Below are positions 13,701 to 25,700 of a stretch of 64,000 nucleotides of DNA, piece by piece (position 1 is the first letter of the stretch; every line of letters starts with the position of its first letter). This DNA is from Laetmonice hystrix (Eukaryota): NCBI GenBank assembly GCA_965235115.1, contig OZ249436.1:36520001-36584000 (forward strand), given 5' to 3'. Below the pieces are notes generated by a model. That model was not told the DNA's origin. It ran no database searches and saw only the letters and a program-made list of their open reading frames with translations. A program made the translations under genes and the position numbers.

Positions 13701-16700
13701 ACCGTACCTGTGGTGTCATTCACACAGCCTAACTCCGTTATCACTGAACCTCATTCACACAGCCTTCCGCTATGACCACTCACCAGTTTGATCCACAGCG
13801 TTCACATCAATGTTCTGCTCCAGGAAGATTCGCACAGCTTCTGTCTTCCCACTGCTTGCTGCTCGGTTGAATCTGAAACATTGGATGTTGGTCAAGCTAT
13901 AATCAGACTGGCACTTCTGCATTTCACTGTTGATTTCCGACGAAGCCCTCCAATCTATAATCCTGGCATACATTCCCGTATGAGTGCTAGAAGGATTTGT
14001 CTGTTCTTGAAACTTATCAGAAGAAATTCAAACAAACCACACACACTCTATTTGATCGCATCGACAATGGACCGTTATTTGGTAGAACTTTGCTCACACT
14101 GATGCATGGGACCCTCAATTAAATGGAGTAACTGTTTAGGTTTTTGACAGAATTTATCTCTCACCCCAATCTTTCGATGTGATATTGGAGGAAAATAAAA
14201 TACCGGTAAGAAGACTGGGCACTGTCGGATAAAGGATTATTATTTGCACTACAAAAGGGGAAATACTTTCTGCTTACTGACGGAAACAACTATAAATCTG
14301 CATAAATTGTGACAGCTACACTGTCCAACGATTTAGTACATTAGTTACCGTACAAAAGATATACATAAAATTTGGAGCCGTCCAGTGGTTGAGTCGCCTT
14401 TCATCATCAGTTGTCTGTCTGACTGTCTGTCTGCCTCTCTGTCTATCTATCTGTGGCACTATCTTGTCTGTTCATATTGTTCGTACGGTTAACAAAATAT
14501 CCGACAGGTTAAAATTCTACACTACAATAAATACACCATGCAAGAAGGTAGGAACTGAATACATTCGTGAGAATTCTGATCTTAAATGTCTAGCCATAGC
14601 ACACAGAATATGTCCATAATTACATTATGGAGTAGAACTTCTAGTAGACGTCGTCCAAATGGCATTTACAATACCACACCATTACAGAGACTGATATATA
14701 CCAGTACCAGTCAATCGGTTCACTTCAACAATAATACGTCTTGGAAATCTACATGAGCGCAGCAGATTTCCGATTTTTATCAATCATTATAAAATCTGAT
14801 AAAGGTGACTTCTTCAGTTTTCATTACTGAACAGCGTAATAAAAACCAGCTTATAAAATACACACGCGCGCCAGTGACAAAAATCATCTCAGGTGATTGC
14901 TATGGCGTGTCATATGATACACTTGGAAAATATGACTGCAGCAGATTACCGGAAGTAAAAAATGATGGCGACAGCGAACTGGCCGATTAGGTGTACGCGC
15001 CTATTGTTACCTCGTTCTTGTACCTTTCCAGAATTCGATTCACAATAGTAGGTTTTACATGACGTCACGATGAGTTCCGTAAAGTTATATGAAAAGAAAA
15101 GTCTATACTTTTCCATTCATACCAAATATTCCACGTATATGTTTTCCTTGTATAGCACCTGTGTGAAAAACGCCCGCACAGGAGGTTAATGATGGGAGGT
15201 TAATACCCTAACAGGGCCAGTTGCATGACTGTCCGTTCGTTTATTTCCCCATGTATTTTCAATGAGAATTTTAACGAACGGACCGTCATGCAACTGGCCC
15301 CTGCCACCGAATTTGGCCCCCAAAGCCAATCAACGTATTTGGCCCTAAATCAAACGACAAGGTTTTATTTTCAACGATTTTCGACGACAACTAATGCTGT
15401 TTGGGCTGTCAATGAAACAGAATCCTTATCTTCTCCAGTCAGTTTCACCATTCATTATAGAAGCACACTTATCCAAAATAGGTTTCGGTGCAACTTGGGG
15501 GGAAAAGTCATAAACCTGTTGAATCAGTCTGTTCTACCGACAAAAATCATAATTGATTGTTGCACAGTGATTTTGGTGACCCGAAATTGATGGGACAAAT
15601 TGATCAGTTAGTGTAATATAGATATTGCAGACACAGCACACGCGGTAATCACATCATCCCAGCCCAAATAATAACACATTACAGCCTTTAGTGATGGCTG
15701 GACCCTACTCCTAGACCACTGTAGACCTGTACCATCAACTGTAATGGGAATATCATGTCTAGGGTGTGCGTGTTTATGAAGCTTGCTCACAGGACCCCAC
15801 CCATAGAATGACGGTCCTACATGACAACAGAATGATCCAAGAGGACATTTTGTACATGATGGATGTGCTGATAGATGTTGGAAAAACGGATTCGCCAGAA
15901 TTACGTCTGTTTTTTGTGACTGCAGCACAGCCTGCACCACTAACAGCGGTGGTAGCAGCGACTGTAAATATTGTAGCTGACGAGATTTATACATTTATAC
16001 AATTTGCATAATTAAACACTTAAATGGGGAGACTTTTATTTGAAGGGGTGATCAGTTTCCCTGTGAATATGTTGAGTATCAGGACACTATATGGTAATTT
16101 GTCTTCCAGCTCTCACAATGCATTCGAATATGGATCCAATTATTGGAGTACACCAGGCCTTCCATATCAGCAAGGATATACTTGCATAAAGGGGGGATCT
16201 TTTATACATTGGTGCCAATACTCGGATGATACCAATAATAAGACAAAGGTGTTTTTTTATTATTTTACTCTATCTGATGACTATAAAAGAAATTATGCAT
16301 TACAGTCCTCTTGTTGACTAACCATGCATACGGCTTCAATTCCCTTCTCGATTTAATCTGGTAAGTCAATGGTAGGGTATCTTGCTTTTCTGCATTAATG
16401 AATCAATGCATTTTAGTAGATAAATTTAATTACTACAGAGTTTCTTCAAAGCCTCATTTAAAATTATTATAGGAACTTACCGATGGATCCCGTTTTTATG
16501 AATAACTTTATATCCATGACTTAGTGTCATAAAGGGATTGCTATTCATGTATTCTTTTATTTTCTATTTATTTTTTTTGTTTTTTGTTTTATGACTACCA
16601 TTGTAAAAGGAACCATCAAGTATTAAAGGCATTGCAAAAAATGCCTACCTATACCAGTTCAAAGGCCTCTTTACTACCATGCCAAAGGAAAGCGAATCCA

Positions 16701-19700
16701 TCTCACTAAAGAAATCTGTCAGCCCAGGCTAATTGGAAAACAAGCACAAAAGTAAGTAATGTAAGTCAGAGGTTATCCGAAATGTCGTTCTTTGGTTCCA
16801 TTCTCCTCAACACCTTTGAATCATATCAAGTCTCTCTTTCAGATCCAGACAAAAAAGTAATTTAAAAAAGGGGACAGAGATGACGAGGCGGACACTTAAT
16901 AAAAACACCCAAGGACATACTTATATCCTTGGGGTTCATTTTTTGTCGTGCAATAATCATGTAAATTACTAAAACACTCACACTGGAAGCAGACTGAGTT
17001 CATGTGACGGTTCACGTCTGATATCAAAAAGATATATTGCTACCAGCTGAGGGGGTCATGGTTCGTTCTCAGCACATAGTGTATGGGTGCACACTTTGTC
17101 TGTGGGTTCCCTGCCCACTTTCTCCTATCAAGTAACTGTAGACTTTTTGTACAGCAAGATCTCCTGTCACAGTACTAAGAAAAAGAACATTCATAATGAA
17201 ATTGAACAAGCAGGGCGAAGTCTATTTCAACCACTCAGCAATTCGGTGATTTAGTCTACGATGGTCTAGTCCATGACCTTGGGAAAGCACCATGAGAAAT
17301 ATATTTTCGGCTTGCTTATATGGCCTCTGATAGCTGACGACTGACTTGCGTACAAGAAATTGAAGGAAAAGGTAAAACTTCACTAATATAAGTTTCATTA
17401 GAAATAATCTGGTGAGAACTCACGTCGTGAATCCTTGCGGGTTGAACTTGGTTGCCATGATGCTTTTTTTGGTAAGAAGAGTTTCGATCTTGTCAACATC
17501 CTCCGACTGAACAGCCACCCACAGCTTTTCGTCATTCTTGTTCCACTCTGACAGCTGGAAGATGAAAAATATCAATTCATTCTGTCAGATCATTTATTTC
17601 AATAGACACCCGAGTGCTCCAAATCCTAAAAACATGGCGAAATAATAATCATTCCAGTGTTGGCAAATGAAAGACAATAACGAATAAGAAATGCATTAAC
17701 CAATCTGTCCTCCGGACTTTTGATGCTTTTTCTTTGGCATTGATCCGTAGCGACATCTATTTGCTGTATTACTCCCGCCAAATTTCTTGCACTAAGCGAC
17801 AGTACATGAACTACATTACGAAATCAACGATACAAATATTTGTTGTTTTAACTTTTCATATTTTGATATTCGTAAATTTATCTGGCAGTAGTCCGTAGCC
17901 ACCACTGTAATCATATTTTCTCACCTCAACATGTACTACAGCACTGAGTCGTTTTAGTGCCATTATTTTTAATAAAGTGATATATTGCTAGGCGGCTGAT
18001 GTAACATGTATTACCCATGGACCTCTTTCACCAAGGGGTCATGATGTCATGACCCTGTCACCAACTATCATGTTCTGGTATGTCGACCTGACCTACTTTT
18101 TTCACACAATCTTGAAACTGGCATTCGGGTTCGATGATGACTCCATGAAATACTTATGATTTATGAAACATGTTCAATATACGAGTCACGCTGTTACATT
18201 CTTACTGTCTACACTAATAAAAACTTACAGTCTCTCATACGAATTGACCTTTAGAACAAAATTAAATCTTCTAATTGGGTGAGCTTGCCATTAGTATTAT
18301 TTCGTTCCCAAGAAAAGACGCCACTGGGATACATGTATATCACTCGACTATAAGTGTTTCCCAGCTTGACTCGAGATGCACGTTACAAGCTACAACTAAT
18401 GATAAATAAAGCAGAATTATATGCTGAAGTACATCTACATGCAACTATTCCCCGGAAACTGTGTGGTAAGTATTTTGTAGGATCCATTCTCAGACTTGTA
18501 GGCTCATACACCACTTGGGTGTGGAGGCCCCTCCTGTCGCAGTTCTATCTGTGAATGGTCCTCACTGAGTGCGCCAGTTAAATTAGATATTCACAAAGTG
18601 ATTCATCATAGCTGTCAATCAAACTTAATGTGCAATTAAGTCTCAGTAATAATCAATCAAATCCCAAAAATCCCCGGCTATCAGAACCCATACACTTACA
18701 TCCCCAACCATACTTTCTGATGAAGATTCACTCTCCTTCAATGAAATGACTAAAAGCCCCCATAAGAAAACCTGAATGAACCCCATTAAAGCCAAAATAT
18801 GTGGAATTATGATGGGATAAGGAATTATCAAGTGGTTGAGAGTTCCCTTTGTCTTTGTCGCCATTGTTGTCTAGGCTGCTTGTCGCCATTTCCCTACAGC
18901 TCAGCTACACCCTTATTACTAGAGATTGTTTCATTTTTCTTAACTAACTCAAAAAGTGCCATGAAAGGTGAGATGCAATCAGCCCGTTTCTCATTCATCC
19001 AAGGCTTCCTGATTAGGGCAGCTACTATAGCTGTAATTACAGCCCATTATCACAGCAATTGATCTATAATGCAATCCAACGCCATTGTTCTCCTCTCGAC
19101 GTCGGGCAAGCAATCAATAAAGACTGAACCAACAGAAATCAATGAGACTTCCGACGGCCGACAAGAGGCTAATCAAAAGATTCCCAACATGACAATCAGG
19201 GCTCCGCCATCGCTCATTGCACTACCGATGCAGGCAGTATTGCACGACACGGATTTCCTCACTTGTGCGATGAAAATTACGTAAACATACTGGCAGATTT
19301 AATCAGGGAAGGCCCATCAATTTCTTTGCGTCACTTTTAATTAGGTTCTGGCGGCAGGTTTAACGCCGTATCTGTGAACGGACCAACCCCTGTCTACATC
19401 CGGGCTCACCCGGTAACCAAGGAAACCAAACTCAAATTCTAACAAATACCTCTACTGATTCGTCGGTATTTACCGTCTGATCTCTAAGTGTTTATCAATA
19501 CACTCTGCGATTTAAGTAACAGTCCTCTGCAATTAACTACCAGTAAACTGCAATTTAACTAACTGAATGAAATATGTAACTTAACCAACTCAATGGATGA
19601 TGTAATCATAGACCTAGAGTAGACTACTCTAGGTCTATGATGTAACCTAACCAACTCAATGAATAATGCGACTTAACCAACATCAGTCTGACAATTGCCG

Positions 19701-22700
19701 CAAGCAACAAACACTATTCAACGACGTAAACGCACTTATTCTTGCCTCTAAAACAAGACTCTACTCGGATATCAACTTCAAGTTAGCTTTTCTCCAACTG
19801 AATAAAAACTAGAATATAACAGTAATAAATTACTGAATGACTAATTAATGGCATTCAGATGACGTGCTTCCCTTTCTTTACACGGGGATTATTGCGAATT
19901 ACTCCTCGGCTTACATTCACCAATTATGGCGCCTAGTCATCACCACTCCAAACGAAAATAGGATTCAACCTCTCTTCAACTTTTATCGATATCTGGGCTG
20001 GCAGATAACAATTTCCCTACAATTTACAAATCTTTACATGCGGGCCCGATGCCTTGAATGTCAACCGAACTGCCTATTGTTTAGCAGAGCTCAACTGAAC
20101 GGTAATGTAAATGTGCTGAGGGTTTACAATAGACGTTGACATGACTGGCACCCCATTATCCCGTGTGTTACGGAGGTTGAAAGACTGTGAATAGGATCAT
20201 GATATGGGACGAGCCCTGCTACTGTCGGGAGGGGTGGCTTAGGGGAGGGCGGACCCTGAATCAACAGCCCGGGGGTAGTTAGCAGAAACCCTCAACGTCA
20301 CATCGGGTTGGCGTGTGCAGAGGCACTAAGTACTCTAGCACATACAAACCTGGAGGGAAAAAACAAATGCCTCAAAATATCTCAACCTATCCGTCTACAC
20401 ACTATTAATCTAACCTCCTGGTCCACATTTTCTACAAGAACTTCCATTATTCACAGACTTTATTTCGGTCCTGCACCAGGAAACATAACTTTTAATATTC
20501 GAGTTTTTATTCCAAAATTGCAATAAGAATATCTCATACCCTGTAATGGGGGTCGCCCAAGTCTTTATAACTCGGGACATTTGTAAGTTGGGAACAATTC
20601 AAGCGGCTGCCAACGTTTGGGCTGATCTTGTCTGATAACAGCCAACATGTAGAGATTGCCTGTCTACTGACAATGAGAGCTGATAACGGCCGTGAACAAA
20701 TGATCCAGGTTATCCATCCAGACCAGATTACAATACCGAACATGACATGTCCGCGATCCGTGGTGAACATCAGCTTCAAGGCATCATTACAGTGCGTGAC
20801 GGGCGGGGTCAGGGAGGAGGGTTGAATCCTTGCAACTAACTCATTCCCTCAGACTATTTAAGCAATGAAAACAAGCCTGAATCAAGTTGTCATAAAATAT
20901 CATTAATATATTTGAGTACACCACTGGATGGCCTAGCACCTCAAGACCATTTATCCATATCCAGGCTTGACAAACTAATGCACGCGTGCCCTGACAAATT
21001 CTGACCATTTTATTATGATCGAGGTCCGAGTACTCAAATCTATAGTACCTCCAGGTTGCGATTTATTCAAATGTTTCTGACAAGTCTGTGTTTAATGACT
21101 GTCACAAAACTATACAGACGATGTGTAAACAAATGACCTGCGTATTGTCGAATACCAATATTGTACAGGACATTCTCACACATTAGCGTCTAAAGGTACA
21201 CACAATTAGGGAGTTTGAAAATAATTATTCTTATAATAAGTACACTTTCTCTTCGAGCTGATAAACGAGGTCGGCCTTAAAGCAAATTGCACATAACTCG
21301 GGTGTCTGTCAACACTGCTGCCACCGTCAGTCCACAGCAAGCTGACACGCTAACCTAAAAAATCTCCCTTACTTGTTCCAATCTGTGAAACAATCCGAAA
21401 TTATTTATTCTCTTGAAATTCAAAGACGTTCAAAAGACGTTCTATTAATAATCAATGCTGCATTGATGCAACCATCGCCTTGGATTTGTGTTACAAATCT
21501 CATGACAATTCAAACACCGCGGAAGTACTGGTCCCTGCTCATACTGAACTCATTCCCTCAGTGCCGAAATGTGAACGGTCATGACGACATACGAAACCGT
21601 CTTTTTATATTCGATTACAACATGTTCAACCACCGTGTTGGAGCAGACAAACAAATGAACTGCTGTGTGTTGCTGCTCTTGTCCCCTATCTGAGCAGGTG
21701 GCCAAATGAGGCCTACTTTGTGCACCTTCCTGTACCGGATCTACATCAAGGACATCTCAACAGTTGACAAGAATTCTACGCCAGCTGCATCAATTCTAGC
21801 TTTCTCAGTCAACAGTCTCCAGCTTTGATCGAAAAATCTTTCCAGGAGTGTTAAGTGTAGGTCATCTACAAAGGATGAAGCGCGACACTCCTGCTTCTCG
21901 GCAACACATGGCAAGCATTTGAGGTTTAGCGTTCCTCTCATGTGTTATAGTGTACATATCAGTAAAACGTATACCAAGGCATTTTTTCTAGAAATATACC
22001 TTTAACTTCGCGTGTGCAGCATGCAGTAACGCTTTTAAGAACATAACTTTTGACATTTGCATTTGACAGGTAGGATCTATAGAACTGAAGGTAAGGCTGC
22101 ATGCGGGATTATGCAGGATAGATACATTAAAAAGACTAGAAGAGCCATGTGGGCTAGCCTGCTGTAGCCTGGTATAATATGTAGGCAATATCTCTGAAAG
22201 ACTGCTATTCAATCTACAGTCGGGGACTGTTACTTCTTGTATAACATAATATATTAATGACTATTAACATGAATAGATCAGACTTTCTTTCGTTTGTATA
22301 CAGATCTGGAACGTGTTATCGTTCATGCTGCAGCTATGGCACAGATGCTTGTCTGCCCGAAGCCCCTAGACTAAAAACGGAACCGGTACATCATGTACTG
22401 CGCACTGTATTATTGAGTGTCTGGAACTTAATGAGCTTTCTCTAACAACCAAACTGATTCTACCATAAGCTCAGTGGATGACTGAAAGCGACTTGTCAGA
22501 TACAAGTTACAAGCTTATTGTTGTCAGGTTACTTTCCTTGAATACAGAATACAGAATGCGTCTGGTATGTTTTCCATTGTGTTCATCTTCTAAACCCACA
22601 ATATTGACAACAGAGCACGGTCGTAAGAGTATATTATTGATTGTGATGTTCAGGTCAGTTGGTTTAAGCCTTCATGAAGTGAATACAACGAGTTAAACCA

Positions 22701-25700
22701 GGGCCTGTTTATTCACATAGAGAATGCCGACATTTGAGTCAGCCTCTGGTGAATCCTGCAATCAGTGATATCATGGTTGACTGTGTACTGACATCACTAA
22801 AGTCAACTTTGTGTCATTCAGGCAGGAGTCGTCCTATGGGATGTGCTTTGAGAACTCTGTTGACCTGTCAGCAAATGAGTCCACCAGGCGGCGCCCCTCG
22901 GGTCACACGCCGTCTTCCTCTGCGCCGACAATACCCCCTCACTGTTTGCTCGGCCTCGTGTTCCCACACCGACTCAAGCCTGAAGAGATTTGGCCTCCAG
23001 GGCCTTGAACTTTGACCTGGGCAGGAACTCTATTAAGGAGTTATGTTGAGTTTTTGGGTGAAAGGAGCCGCCGGTCGTGCTGGCAATATCGGGCTTTATG
23101 ACGGGCAGGGCATCAAACGTCGACACATGGGGCGGGAGTCTGTGCTACATGAATGACTTCTTTAGTTACCGGTCACTAGGCCTCAGACTTCAGTCAGGGT
23201 TTTAAAATTATACATGTGTGCAACATAGGCATATCGAGTATTTCTTTAGAATACGAATTTAGTTTATATAAAGTGATTGCCATATTTTATATCCTAAAAA
23301 TAATACAAGTGCGTTTGAGAGCAGCACATAAGAACACTAAAGATGATAGGATATTTTTCCCCAAGTTCTGGAAACTAAAAAGTGAATGCAAGTTCTCATG
23401 AAAATAAATATTAAGTTCTACTGGAGAGACGTTCAAACAAGTCTCTATTGGCTGACCAATCTTACAGCAATTCTCTCCACAGCTGATATGTGCAGGCATG
23501 ATCAATGACAGTACCATTTTAAATGAACATTGCTAACTGGCCCTGCTTCATGCTGGATCTGTTTGTGTTTGGTCAATATTCCTGAAGCACTCTGTGCCCA
23601 CACTTCAGACGGTCAGTACGTGGTGGGGTAGGGATGGTGCATGGTGGTGGTGGGGCCCCATGAGGGCATGGTGCCTAGCTCATCATTGTTCATCTTCTAG
23701 GTCACAACCTGCTGGACTTCAAGGTCAAGAATGTACCCTTTCTGTTTGCTCTTGTTATGTCGGCTGATTGATTGCAAGGCCAAGGGTTTGGGATCAATAA
23801 ATCTATATCTGGGGCCACGTTCAATGACCACTTGGGTATTTCACGGTTAAAGCTTTATCGTACTAAAACATACCTCACCTATGAATATCTCTCTTATGCT
23901 AAATTATCTTTCTGGCGTCTTTTTGATCTACTGTTATGATGGAACGGCATGTCAAACAATTATACATTGTATTTGTTTTCTTCTTTAAATCCAAGATTAT
24001 TATATAGTTTTCTTTTCTTTAATAAAATTAGTCCAATTGTTTATGGGCGTCACCAGGATTTTTTTTTACATTAAATTTTGATTGCCCACAAAGTATGCCT
24101 ACAGATATGAGGGCCGTGAAGAGTGCGATTCTTATCAAACCTGAGGCACTATAATGCTGCAGAGTTCTAGCACCAGTATTGGGGCGATACATTTTCTAGT
24201 TGATCGTACCGGCCGGCCTCATTTACTCGGTTTATGACCATTCAGGATGCAGGAAACAGTTGTAGCGACGCAAAGAGTTTGGAGGCCATCTTCTCCTGTG
24301 GCATAAATCCGGATTATGAGGCCATGTGGCAAATAATTTTTAGGTGCCCCGCCCTTATCCAAATCCTGGTGCCCCCCCCCCCCCCCTTATCAAAATCCTG
24401 GATCCTCCACTGCATTATATCGTAACCGTTACGGCATTAAATTAGGTGTATCACTTGGGGCTCAATAGTCGCATATATTTCCATGTCCAGAAGGCATCGA
24501 AAGTACGGTTGTAGAACACTGAAGAATTTGTTATGAACAACGAGTATATAATTATTCTATACTCGTTGGTATGAACCACTATACAACCATGCTATACCTG
24601 GGCTCATAGTGTAGCAATGGACATCATCAACTTAACGTAAGGGGAGTTGTATACCACCGCCAATAGCACCTCGCTAGTATAAGTGATGGTCAGCGGGCCA
24701 CCGAGCATGTAGGCCCTGTTAGTGTCGGTAATCACATAACGTATGGCTGGCATGATCCGGCCTACACTGTAACAAATCCCTGTCTGCTTCATCCATATTT
24801 ATAAGCTAGCACCAGGCGGCCACATTCTGGGTCCGGGGAAGGCTTCAGTTTGTGCCAGAATATAGCGGATACTTTCCGACCTCATTTTCTGACATCACAG
24901 CACATGTTCTGGCGACGGTACAGAAATCAAATTCTGCCACAGAAGATAAAAGCTTTTCTATGAGATTTCAAGAATTTTAATAGGCCTATCTAAGAGTCAA
25001 AGACGACTTGATCATTCGTTTTTGAGAGTCTCCAAATTCGAATTTTTGCCAGACATTGATGGTCGTGGTACATTTCCTATTCTTTTAGTCTTTCGCGTTG
25101 AACAGGGCCCTTTTTGAATTGAACTTTGTATCACCGTTTTCTCCGGCGTTTCTAATACAAAGTTAATCAAGGTCCCAGCCTCCTCATCCCTTGGCTCATT
25201 AAACATAACAGCGTCCAGGGCATGGTTCATTATATGGAATCAATCAATAGGTAACAGAAATCGTCCCTGCATGAGTTGTATATTACGTAAGACACTTTGT
25301 GAGAGTGTGAAATCCTTGAGATCCGCGTTTGATCATTAACGGACAGAATGACACGAATCATGTATTTCAATGCGATTTTGAGTATTACGTCAATCAAAAC
25401 GTTTCACACAGCACAGACTCAAGAGTCTTGCGATACGAGCTGCTCACCGTCCCTACCCCATATCAAGGTTTTATGTGCCATTCGCTGACCACAACCTAAG
25501 TTATTTTATCAATGTATGGTACTTGGTATGGTACAAAATGCCAATATTTAGTTGCTGGGAGGGTTCAATTCTCACGAATCAAGTAAATCTAAAGAAACGC
25601 ACCTACCGGTAATATTATGCGAATCAATAGAACTTTTTTTCTGTATGAAGGTTCAATTCCAATTCTTCATCAATCTAATATGCAAGAATAAATATTTAAA

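Noticed and set aside
20166..20301. TGTTACG...CGTCACA segment as a solo LTR
   Set aside because: Very short and no target-site duplication.
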